A stretch of DNA of 63,727 nt, filler included, from Hyphochytrium catenoides (taxonomy: Eukaryota; Protista; Hyphochytriomycota): NCBI GenBank assembly GCA_900088475.1. It is 10 parts of 10 records of this genome, joined end to end, with 100 filler letters (N's around TTAATTAATTAA, not from the genome) between each part and the next. Parts side by side here need not be neighbours in the genome. Positions count along the whole stretch, not along the records: positions 1 to 2,312 come from FLMG01004040.1; positions 2,413 to 5,387 come from FLMG01002826.1; positions 5,488 to 6,640 come from FLMG01003181.1; positions 6,741 to 15,185 come from FLMG01004299.1; 6 more parts are not named here. The stretch is one strand, 5' to 3'. Both the position numbers and the translations under genes were made by a program. The notes beneath the pieces were generated by a model. It ran no database searches and was not told the origin of the DNA. It saw only the letters and a list, made by a program, of their open reading frames with translations. Every line of letters starts with the position of its first letter. Within the stretch, counting starts at the first letter, position 1. Positions 1-11,373 of this stretch are shown here, piece by piece.

Positions 1-19
1 CTCTCTCTCTCTCTTCTGT

Positions 20-141
20 CTATTTCTCTCTATTGAGCGGATCCTGTCCGTCATGAATGATCTGGACGAGCTGCCTCGTGTTATTCTGTTTGATCGCCTG
101 CCGACAGCACGACACCACACGAGTCTTCGCCTTCCCAACTG

Positions 142-175
<34 letters not shown>

Positions 176-1061
176 CAGTAAGGAATTAGGTCAAAGAGAG
201 AGGGGGTAAGGAATAGGGCAAAGAGAGAGAGAGAGAGTAAAAGAGAGAGAGAGGGGTAAGGAATCAGGGCAAAGAGAGAGAGAGAGGGAGGGTAAGGAAT
301 CAGGGCAAAGAGAGAGAGAGAATAAGATAGAGAGAGCGAGGGTCAGGAATCAGGGCAAACAGAGAGAGAGTAAGAGAGAGAGAGAGAGAGGGTAAGGAAT
401 CAGGACAAACAGAGAGAGAGAGGTAAGGAATCAGGTCAAAAAGAGAGAGAAGGAGGAAAGAGGGTAAGGAATCAGGTCAAAAAGAGAGAGAGAGAGATCA
501 TTTGATAACTCTCCACCATTGGGAGAGAGAGAGAGAGGGAGTACAAGAAAGAGACGAAAACGGTAATCAAAAGAAGGAAACTGCAGTCAAAAAGACAGAG
601 AGAGAGAGAGAAAACTGAACTCAACAGACAACCATATCCATGGCAATCAAAGAAAAGAAGACGGTTTTGAAAAAAGAAAGAGGAAGAATGCAGGAAAGAA
701 TAAGAGAGAGAGAACGAGAGAAGAGAGAGAACGAGAGAGACAGAAGGAGGAAAGTCGACAGCAATTCGGATAGTTGACTTGAGAAGAGAGAGACAGAAAA
801 TGAAATCAGAAGACCAGAGAGACGGATGAACAGAGAGAGGGAGAAAGTGAAACAAAAAGAGAGAAAGAAGAGAGAGAAAGAAGAGAGAGAGAAAGAGAGA
901 GAGAGAGAGCACCTCTGAGTCTGGAAGCCTTCTGCACGACGGTGTTGACCTCTTTGAGTGCGTCGAGGAGCGCTTTGTGGTTGGTCGCCCGCTTCTTATA
1001 ATCGCCCACCAACTCATTGTTCAGAGAGAAGAGCTGAGAGTACATCCCACGCATGTTGCGC

Positions 1062-1104
<43 letters not shown>

Positions 1105-1889
1105 GCGCGGAGGAGAAAGCGAGAGAGAGGGAGAGAGAAAAAAAGAAGAAAGGCGAGCGGGAGGGGGCAGTAAGGAGAAGAGAGAGGGTGCACGGAAGAG
1201 AAAGAGAGAGAGGGTGAGAGAGAGAGAGAGAGAAAAGAGAGGGAGCAAAAAAGACGAGAGAGGGAGAAAGAAAGACGAGAGAGAGAGACAGAGAGACAGA
1301 GAGGAGCTGGAGGCAAATTAAAGAGGAATGGGGGTAATCGGAAGAGAGAAAAGACACACATGGAGAAGGGAGAGAAAAGGCGAGAGGGAAGGAGAAGAGA
1401 CAGAGAGGAGAGAGAGAGAGAAAGAGGTTGAGAGCTCCTCTCCCGAGGGCTATAAGGAAAGATAGACAGAGAAACAGTGGACGGGCTGGATATATATGGA
1501 GAAGAAAGGGGGGAGAGAGAGAGGCAGAAGAGTAGAGGGGGAAGAGCAGAAAGAGTCAGAGAAGGAGAGACTTTGTATGTTATTGTGAGAGAGAGAAAGA
1601 GAGAGACACTTTACATGTCTCCGAGTATTCTGGAGTCTTCTGCTTTNNNNNNNNNNNNNNNNNNNNNNNNNNNNNNNNNNNNNNNNNNNNNNNNNNNNNN
1701 NNNNNNNNNNNNNNNNNNNNNNNNNNNNNNNNNNNNNNNNNNNNNNACAGAGTCAGACAGAGAGAGAGAGATAACAAGAGATCGAAGAGTAAGAAGAAGT
1801 AGAAACGGTTAGGCGAAAGAGAGGAGAACCTTTGCGTCCACAACTGAGAACCGTTTGAGAGAGAGAAGAGATAGTTATCTATTCTATTC

Positions 1890-1929
<40 letters not shown>

Positions 1930-2033
1930 GTCCAGTATCTCCTCTACTTTCTTCCAGCGCTCACCCTCATCAGCAGCTCCTCCAGCGCCTGCATCTCTTT
2001 CGGGAAGTCAGCGAGGGATTCAAGTTCTTGAAC
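20..2033 (-). CDS. BBS2: Bardet-Biedl syndrome 2 protein (BBSome subunit), 3' part; exons ~2033-1965, ~1646-1615 (5' side in N gap), 1061-913, 138-20
   Basis: Spliced GT-AG translation VQELESLADFPKEMQALEELLMR / KAEDSRILGDM / RNMRGMYSQLFSLNNELVGDYKKRATNHKALLDALKEVNTVVQKASRLR / VGKAKTRVVSCCRQAIKQNN matches the BBS2 C-terminus; phases are consistent; TAG at 22-20. Confidence 0.9.
175..482. repeat. Intronic minisatellite: about 8 copies of GGTAAGGAATCAGGGCAAA separated by variable (GA)n
   Basis: The unit is visible repeatedly between 177 and 480 in the last BBS2 intron. Confidence 0.85.
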
Positions 2034-2412
2034 CTAGACAAGCCACGAGAGAGACACCAAAGGCGTTTAGAAGAGAGAAAGGGAGAGAGAAAAAAAGAGA
2101 AAGTAAAAGGAACCTGTCAGATGGCAGGGATAAGGAAGCTGCTCTAAGAGAGAGAGAGCAACACCCCCAAGAGAAAGGCTTAAAGGCGAGACTAGTGAAG
2201 AGAGAGAGAGAGAGAGAGAAAGAGAGAGGCGGCCTAGAGAGCAGAGAAGAGAAGAGGTAATTACATAGCAAAAGAGAGAAAAGAGCAAGTGAGAACCACT
2301 CTAGAGAACTCANNNNNNNNNNNNNNNNNNNNNNNNNNNNNNNNNNNNNNNNNNNNTTAATTAATTAANNNNNNNNNNNNNNNNNNNNNNNNNNNNNNNN
2401 NNNNNNNNNNNN

Positions 2413-5387
2413 TGACAGAACAGCAGTTGAAAGTAGCTGGCACAGCCTGGGAATATACTGCAGCCTTCCAAGGATCTCTGACTTCAGTCGCTTCTCTCTC
2501 AAGACCGTTTGGCTAGCAGTGGGTGGCGAAGTGCTTCGCTGATGGCTACACTGCGCCGCCAGAAAGGAAGGAGGAAGCTGCAGGAAGGAACCGATTAGAC
2601 TGTTCATGACGTGCAAGACTTCACTTCTGTCACAGTCTCGGTTGTTTGCGGCAGCGCTGAGCTGAGAAACAATCAGCTTGAACTTCTCAATGGCACCTGC
2701 ATTCTTAAGGGGAAAAGGCCCTAATCTGACTCCCTTCACGGAGGATGAGAATGCCTCATGGAGGCACTTGATGAAGAGCCCTGACCGCCGTCCAGCATCA
2801 CTCTGATGGCGAGGAATGACACTTTGCTGAGCCTGGGAGAGCTCGTCTCTATCTCGAGCGGTGTGGGCGCCATCGTGAGAATTTGATGAGGGGTCCAACC
2901 CCAGAGCATCGAACACCATGAAGCAGCCGAGCCACCGCATTTCACGCACCATCACAGCAAACTGCGAGGTGACTCGCTGTAAAATGGCAGTCCAGACCGC
3001 GGGTGAAAGAGAAGAAGGGATAATTAGGCTAGGCCGAGTCTCATAAGGCGCCGCTGGCTGTGCCTGGCTAAGATCCTGTGCGACCAGGATCTCCACAATC
3101 TTCAATAGTAGAAAGGGGCTCTCAAGCGCATCAGGACGCTCGCGAGGCTCGTGGCAACTCTTAGATGCCGTCTTACCTTCCCTCTTTTCGGGCTTGACGT
3201 CTTGTCCAGAGTCAATGATCTTCTTCGGCCCTGTCTCAATGCGTCTCACCTGGCTTTCAGACGTAAGGTGAATGAGCTCCAATGCAACGCTGCCAAAGTG
3301 TTGGCCTTGAGGGCTTAACGCAGGTGAAGGACCGTATAGAATGAGAGAAAGCGTCTTCTCTCGATTGTCTCTCAGAAGCTGACCTACAGTGATCGAGTAG
3401 AAGGCCTTTCTAGAATTTGAGTGACCGACAGGAGGAGCGTTGCCCCACCGATCGCCTAATAAAGACCATAAGAATAAAATCTGCGTCTCTTCGAGCTCGT
3501 CCACCCAGCCGCGGCTACTGAGAGCGCGGTAGGCCAAAAGTAAGCTACTCGTGATTCTTGACTCTACTGCTGCGAGCTTTGTGCTCTTAAGCCTGTCTCT
3601 GGAGCGCTTTCCTTGTGTTACTCCCGTACCAACTTCACCTTGCTCAGGCTTCTCTGTTGGCGCTATCAGGGTACCTTCCCGAGATGGTTGCAGCCAATTG
3701 AGAGAGGAGTCAATCTCGAGCCCTTCGGAACGGCCTGTGCCCTGGCCCTGCAGTGCTCCGCTGCTGCTCCTTTCATTGAGGGAGCTCGAAACTGCCTTCA
3801 TTTTCTCCAGAATGAACGTCACAAGCTCAATGCTCCTTGAGGTAGCCGCTGCGGTTAGCGCGGTAGCGACTCCGAAGTGTAGGCGCTTCTTCGCAGCTTT
3901 AGGATGATCAGGTGCAATCAAGCCGCTGGGTACGTCCTGGGGTGGAGTGACACTGCAGGACAGCAGTATTGTCAATGGATCTTTTCCAGTCTGCGTCAAT
4001 GGCACGTCATTCGCAGTGGAAACTACAAGCTCTTTTACTGTCTTGAAAGACCCTCTTTGGCAGAGAACATGAAGGAAGGTAAGTCCATTCAGGTCAAAGC
4101 GTTCCCCGCACTCCTTGAAGAGCTCAATGACCCCTGGCCGATAAGCGGAGTCCTCAATGAATCCTCCTTCCGCTAAAAGATGCAAGGGAGTCTTTCCCAG
4201 CTCATCGGGGCCGCAGAGCTGGCTCTTAAAGGGCAAAAGCAGGCGGATAAGTGGGAGCTTACCCTTGGCACAGGCCCAATGAAGAACATTTCTTCCAAGG
4301 TTGTCAGGGATAGAAAGATTGACCAGGCCACTAATTAAGCTCCGAAGAAGCTTCTCATCGTTGCCAGATGGAGCGAGAACTGCATAGTGGGCCGCTGTTC
4401 TGCCCATAACGTCTGCTCGATCCAGAAAGCCGAGATTGCCTGCGTCTGTTCTAATCTGAAGGAAACTAGACACCCAGAGATGATTGCCTTGATGAACTTG
4501 GTCTCTGAACACCATCTCAATGACAGAGCAATGTTCAATATCTCTCCGGCCTCCTCCCCTTTGCCTTATTTGCCTTAGTTCGTGAGCAGGCTCAACTATA
4601 AAAGGCCTCTCCGCCTGAGCCCCGTCCGGATCTTCTGGTATTGAGAGCTGTGTGGCCCGGATAAGCACCTCGATTGAGAAATTTGGCATGAGGAAGAGCG
4701 ACTCATAGAGATCCCTATGCTGACGCCAGCTGCTGTGAGCCAAAGCGAGATTGCCGTGCTGGTCCCTCAGCGTCAGGGTGATGACTTCAGCGGCTTCCTG
4801 AAGGATAGTGAACGCCACTTTATGTCGGTGGAATTCTATAGCGGAGTGGAGCGCTGTCCGTCCCGAATTGTCCTGATGGTTGACGAGCTCTCCTAAGCGG
4901 CGATGCTTTCGGGCATATTGTAAGAGATCTCTGACTAGCACCTCAGCTCCCTTGATGGCAGCTCTCTGAAGTAGAGATTGTCCACCAAAGTCCACCAAGT
5001 AGGCCGGATAGAATGAAGAGTACAGCGCATCCCTTCCAGGAGTTGTCGTAAGAGTTGTGTCCGCCTGAGAATCAATCGCCGCCATAGGTATAGCCACCGG
5101 AGGCTGCATAGATTGAAGCTCCAAGGCCGCTCTCACAGAGCTGAAGAGTCCTTGGGGACCAAGGAATATTATGGGAAGGCATATAGAAGCGCCCTCAGCA
5201 ATGAACCTTGCATGGAGACTGTCATCGGTAAACTTTCGGGTGAGATCGAACACTTCATTTAAGCCCGGGAAGCCCTTCCGCCGTTGGAAGAAGTAGCTTG
5301 ATACTCTCACTCGCCCTTCTCTCTTGGTGTCAAGTGGCACTCCATTCCTGATGAACTGAAAGTTAGAGGGCAGCGACTGCAACAATG
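2413..5387 (-). CDS. Ankyrin-repeat protein, partial at both ends, about 990 codons uninterrupted
   Basis: The ORF spans the whole scaffold; ankyrin motifs GQSLLQRAA, DNSGRTALHSA, DVMGRTAAHYAV, DNLGRNVLHWACAKG, DELGKTPLHLLA, DLNGLTFLHVLC. Confidence 0.88.
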
Positions 5388-5843
5388 NNNNNNNNNNNNN
5401 NNNNNNNNNNNNNNNNNNNNNNNNNNNNNNNTTAATTAATTAANNNNNNNNNNNNNNNNNNNNNNNNNNNNNNNNNNNNNNNNNNNNTTTTTGACAAACG
5501 TTGAGATGGCCCACTCCTATAGGTAGTTCGCCAAATCGGAGGGGGTTTGTCAAGTTTATGGATTCAGAATCAACCGAGAAGTGAACGGTGAGTGCCATTT
5601 ATCGGTAATGGAGTCAGTAGATTTACTATTGTGGATCGTGACGTGAAGATTAGAGAAAAGACTACTTGCCTTGAAACGAAGAGTTGAAGCTGATTATTCA
5701 TAGAAGCGGGGCGGATAGTGTGATTGAGCTGAATCGATATGATGTCATGTATTGGGTGACACTATGCAATAGATTCAGGAGATGCACCACTGAAGACGAT
5801 CGGCGTGTGAGCCGCACTGAAATAGGGTGTCTGACTCTCTGGT

Positions 5844-5874
<31 letters not shown>

Positions 5875-6089
5875 GGCAAAGCTCTCTCTCTCTGGCAAGC
5901 TGTCTCTCTGGCAAGCTGACGCAGACGGTATTAGTTCTTCTTTGGATTATGCGAGAAAATGGCTTAATCTCTAATCGACCGAGGACGAATACGTTGTTGC
6001 TTGCTTTTCCTCATCAGAAATTTGCTAGGATGTCTGGGGAAAGGGTTTCCAAAGAAGTAAAAAGACGATTCTCGGACAATACACAGAAC

Positions 6090-6640
6090 TGCATTCTACC
6101 ATCTCTTGGGTGGTCTGGAAAGTTGCGGTAAATGAGTCCCACGCTTCGATAACGAGGTGACGCTACGAGATGACTTCAAGATATTATCCTCTTGGAGATG
6201 CAGAAAGCTTGCTTTCGCGTGATGACTAAGGAGGAGACTAACCACCTTCTACCGGGTAGTCAGCAACGGCCTGGTGACGTCGTTGTGTCGGGCTTCTCTT
6301 TGCCTTACTTTCCTATCACTTGCTTTGACATTTCATTTCAGTTACGGCTACGCTGCAGCAAGATCTTTAACCTATGCAGCGTGTCGTTCCGGTTATCAAA
6401 CTTTTGTAAGAGAGAAGGCGAAAATCAGGAAGTTCCTGCAGAAAGGTCGGCCTGTCCGGATCGACTTTATTCCGTTGGTTTGGGAATCTTTTGGTGGTGC
6501 TGTGCAGCCTGTGCATGACACCACCATTACGAGGATTGTGAAGCGGCAAGGAGAGCGGCGTTTATTTGCTGCTTCTTCTTCATGCGCATGTTTAGCAGTG
6601 AAGCAGAGCGTCTATGCTCGACTTTCCACGGTTCTTCATA
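6090..6640 (+). mobile_element. Decayed non-LTR retrotransposon 3' end (restriction-like endonuclease domain, CRE-like clade)
   Basis: EETNHLLPGSQQRPGDVVV...CFDIS followed after a frameshift by EKAKIRKF...FIPLVWESFGG matches the RPxD...D...K..KY...FxPxxxESxGG RLE pattern; stop codon and frameshift present. Confidence 0.72.
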
Positions 6641-6740
6641 NNNNNNNNNNNNNNNNNNNNNNNNNNNNNNNNNNNNNNNNNNNNTTAATTAATTAANNNN
6701 NNNNNNNNNNNNNNNNNNNNNNNNNNNNNNNNNNNNNNNN

Positions 6741-7509
6741 GGTGAATGACGACAGTGTGGTCCGCACTGTGTATTATAAGTATCTTCACCCGAAAGAAGT
6801 CTTCATCTCCAGCGGAATACTGAACAAAGGCATAACCGCAGCGGTAAGACCTCAACCAGTCTCTCTCCTCTCCTCTCCTTCTTTCTCTCTTTCTCTTTCT
6901 CTCTCTCGCCCTGTTCCCTTGACTCTGTCTCTTGTTCTCTCCCTTCGTCTAGCTCTCTCTCAACTTCCTCTAAGCGGGTAAGTCTCCGCTCCTTCATCGC
7001 TGTTCTGTCTCTCTCGTGCATCGTTATTCTCTCTCTCTCTCTCTCTCTGTCTTTCTTTCTCCCTCTTTCTCTCTCCCTTTAGCTTCTTCTTCTTACCTTC
7101 TCTATCTCGCAGGCGCAGGCGCTAGGATCAAAGGGACACAGGGAGAAGTCTGCAATTTCCAGAATGTCGGAGCTCATGAACAATAACAATGACGAAAAGT
7201 AAGAAAGAGAGAAAAGAGAGAAAGGAGTACAAACATTCGCTTTGAGAGTTTCTCCTCAGTCAAAAAAAGCTACAACCTCTTATCGCATGGGGCTTTCGCC
7301 TTTCTCCGTTGAAAGTTGGTCTCTCTCTCTCTCTCTCTCGTTCTCTCTCCTTCTCTCCTATCCCTCCTGTCCTCTCTCTTTCAACCAACGCTCTTTTTCT
7401 TCGTTGCTCTCTCTCTCCCCTCACCCTCTTCTCTAATCTCATCTCTCAGCCTTCTACTTTGTCACTCACTAATGTGTCTTCCTCTCCTTGTATCTTCCTT
7501 TCTCTCTCT

Positions 7510-7556
<47 letters not shown>

Positions 7557-8317
7557 CCTAGTGGAGTACACTCCACGGCGGGCGGTCTCTCCTTTGTCTA
7601 TCCTTACGGCGCCAGTCTCGAGGTGGAGAAGCCGGCCTCGCCCATTCTCTCTTCCGGTTTTATCGCCTATCCTCTCAATAGACCCGTGGGAGCAGTGTGG
7701 GAAGGCTCTCTCTCTCTCTCTCTCTCCCCTGAAGAAGAAGATGATATGGACAGTCTAAAGCCGTCTGTTCCTTCCACTCCGTCGACCTCTTCCTTCCTTG
7801 ATCCTAAGAAACAAGGGGGAGAAGGAGGAAAAGAGAGAGCTCCTCTCTCTCCTCCTCCCCCGGGAAGACTCGTCGTCCTGGGCTCTGCTGATATCTTTGG
7901 GGACGATTGGCTGAGCAAGGAAGAGAACACGAAGCTTCAGCAGGTTAGAAGCTGGAAAGAGGAGAGAGAGAGTAGGAGAGGGAGAAGGAGAAAAGAGAGA
8001 GAAAGTGGGGGAGAGTAAACATTTACTGGAAGAGAGAAACTAGGAGAGAGACGCAGGGAGAGAGGAAGAAGCTCACCGCAGGAGGGCCCGGGGGTTGGCT
8101 CATCCAGGAAAAAGAGGCAAAGAGAGAGAGAGAACTAGAGAGAGTGAGAGAGAGAGAGAGAGACAAAATGGGTGGACGGCTAAAAGAGAACAAGAGGAGC
8201 CGTCTTCAAGAGCTGAGAGTATGCACAGAGAGAGAAAAGTACACTGGACACATTTCTCCTTCAAAGGACTGGCTTCTCTCTTCTGTTTCAATTCATGACG
8301 ACAGTGAACCTCTCCTC

Positions 8318-8357
<40 letters not shown>

Positions 8358-9640
8358 CAATTTGTAAGGTTCTCTTCAAGTGGCTACTCCGAGAAAAGGA
8401 AGTGTCTCTCGAGATGATTGACGTGGATGACTTGGATCTTGCGGAGCACCACAAGCTGCCTGACACCGAGGCTCTTAGTGAGAAGCTGAGGTCCTGTCTG
8501 CAGGTAAAATGGACCGTGTCTTTCTCTCTCTCTCTCTCTTTCTTCGCTCTCTCTGTCTCTCTTTTCCACCTCTCTTCTGCGCTCTCGATCCCTCTCCCCT
8601 CTAGCTGTCTATCGCTTTTTCTTCTTCTCCTCCGTCTCTCTCTCTCTCTCCTCTGTTGCCCTCTCTCTTTTGTTCTCTGTCTCTGTTAGTCCTTCTCTCA
8701 CTCTCCCCGCTCTCTGGTGTGTGTCTCTCTCCTCTTCTCCGACCCCCTTCTCTCTCTCTCTCACTCTCTCACTCTCACTCTCTCTCTCTCTCTCTCCCTT
8801 TCACCCTCTCCGTGCCTCGCCCCTTCAGGAGTCGGAGGAGCTGCCAAAGGATTTTACGAAGCTGTTCGACGAGACTCTCTTCCGCTTCGACACGCGTCTT
8901 ATCCCTGAAGTTCTGAAGCTTTATAGAGATCTTGGAGTCAAGCATGAACCTCTCTCTCTCATCCCTCCACAGGTATTTAGATGAAAATAAAGAGTGTCGG
9001 AAGGGGGAGAGAGAGAGAGAGAGAGTAGATAGCGGACAGAGAGAGAGAGAGAAAGAGAGAGAAAGACAGAGAGAGAGACGGAGAGAGAGAGAGGGAGCCA
9101 CCTAGTGGAGAGCGAGAGTCCATGAGGAGAAGGAGAGAGAGAAGGAGAAAGAGAGAGAAGAGAAGTGAGAGAGAGAAAAGGAGCAGGAGGTGGTGAGAGG
9201 AAAGAGAGAGGACTACAGAGAAAGGAAAGGAGAGAGGTAAGAGAGAGATAGAGCGCGTGAGTGAACAAGAAGGAAAAGATTGTTTGGAATGCAACGGAGC
9301 ACTGATCCAACTTGTCACTCTTCTCTATTCCCCGGGGACTCTCTCTCTCTCTCTCTCTCTCTGTCCCTTGTCCCAATCTCTCTCTCTTTCTCTCTCTCTC
9401 TCTCTGTTCCTTCAGTTTGAGATTCCCCATCCTCCTTTGATCCCAGCTGTCTTTCCTCCCTCTTTCCGGGAGCCTCCTCCTCCCTCTCTCGACCAGTTCG
9501 ACCTCGACGAACAATTTGCCTCGGAGAAGCTTCGCCTGGCGCAGCTGACGAATAAGTGTAGCGAGGAAGACCTAGAATACTATATAAAAGAGAGCGGAGA
9601 GATATTGGGGGTAAGTAGAAGAGGAGACAACGGGCGAGAG

Positions 9641-9671
<31 letters not shown>

Positions 9672-10032
9672 TAAGGGATCAAGACAACAGAGAGACAAGA
9701 TGGTATATGGAAAGTGAGCGAAGGGTGAGAAATAGGCGGCAGTCGAGGAAGAAAGCCAAAGAGAGAGAGAGAGAGGGAAAGAGAAGTAGAAAGAGGTAGA
9801 AGGTTGTGGGGGCAGCGGTGGGGAAGAGAGAGAGAAGGGACCGGGGCGAAAGAGACAAACAAAGGGAGAAGGAGAGCGAGAGGACTAGAGATCTGCTTCA
9901 AATATCTTCTCTCTGTCTCTCTCCTCTCCTTTTCTTCTCCTTTGCCTTTCTGGTTGTCTTCTCTCTCTTTGTATACTCGTTAGCGGTGCTGACTTCACAT
10001 GGTTTTACCTTGCCTCGCGTCTAACTGCTTGC

Positions 10033-10083
<51 letters not shown>

Positions 10084-10777
10084 GGTCACTGCCCGTCTGC
10101 CGGAGGGTAAGAAAGAAGCGCGGCACGTGTTGGACTTCATCTTCCGCCAGGTTCTCAACTTTAAGAAGCTGAATCAAGATCCCACCGTCACCGCTGAGGT
10201 CCTGAAGCCAGTAGAGAAGCCAGTCCTCAAAGATGTAAGCCATCTCCCTCTCTCTCTCTCTCGTCTCTCTCTCTCGTTTTGCACACCTTCTCTTTCTCTG
10301 TCCCTCCGCCCTCTCCCTCTCTCCATCTTTCTCTCTCTCTCGTCTCCTACCTCCTCCTTCCGTGATTATTTTATTAGGTTTCACATTGACCGCCATAGCC
10401 CCAATCCTTCCGAATTTGGCAATCTGACTCTCCTCTCTTCTTTCTGTTTCTCTCTCTCTCTCTCTCTTTTATCTCTCTTCTGTCTGTTCAAGAAACCTTC
10501 TCCTGAGAAAAATAACACCATCGGCCGCCGTGGCTCTGGATTCAAAAGTGAGCCAAAGAAGGGCGAAGAAGGAGAAGATGAGACCAAAGGAGAGACAGGA
10601 AAAGAGAGCAAGGGAAGTCTGGGCACAATGCAGAGAAAAGGAAGCGACTCCAAGCTTTCTCTCTCCTCAGAGGAGAAGCAAGAGGGGAAAAGAGAAGAAG
10701 GCGCTAAGGCAGAAGACAAAGAGACGAAGAGAGAGAGGGACAATGACACTAAAACCTCGTCCAAAGAGGATAAGTGA
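6741..10777 (+). CDS. IFT52: Intraflagellar transport protein 52, 5'-partial; exons 6741-6843, 7113-7198, 7562-7943, 8369-8503, 8829-8972, 9416-9610, 10085-10234, 10493-10777
   Basis: VNDDSVVRTVYYKYLHPKEVFISSGILNK, FVYPYGASL, GVKHEPLSLIPPQFEIPHPPLIPAVFPPSFRE, FDLDEQFASEKLRLAQLTNKC and FKKLNQ are IFT52 hallmarks; all introns GT-AG and in phase. The last exon is less certain. Confidence 0.95.
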
Positions 10778-11373
10778 GAACGAGAGAAAGGGAGAGAGAG
10801 AAACGAGGATATCTCACTGTTATCTCAGACTGAGGGAGAGGGGGAGAAAGCTGTTCCTCTCTCTCTCGCTGTCTACTTTTTCATGTTTTAACTAATAAAC
10901 ATCATAGGTCCACCGTTCTAAAGTATACTAAGAATAAAGAGACAGCTGCTTTGCAGGATAGAGAGAGAGATAAAGTGACAGAGCTTGCTATATCAACCGT
11001 AAAGAAAGGGGAGGAGATAACACATATCTACAAGAGACAATGCTAGGCGTACGATGGAAACACTTTGAGCGGGAAGGGGAGAGAGAGAGAGAAGGGAGAC
11101 GATCGAAAAGAAAAGGGGAAATTATCACGAGTAAGGAGTGACGGCACAAGGCGGAAGCAAGACTCTCGGGGAAGGGGAAAGAGAGAGAGAGAGGATGCAT
11201 CCAACGTTGGTCTGTTGACGCTGCGGAGCTGAGTTTCATGCATAAATAGTAAATACGTACAGAAAACAGAAGTCTGTCTCTTTCTCTCTTTCTTTCTCTC
11301 TCTTCCCTGTCTATTTCCCTGTTGGTTCTCTCCCCTCAGTTCTCCTACAGGAAGAGCTCTCCCTTAGCGTGTC

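Noticed and set aside
20-10777. BBS2 and IFT52 as a ciliary gene cluster; RagC/D with AMPK-gamma as a nutrient-signalling cluster
   Set aside because: The genes are on different scaffolds separated by artificial linkers.
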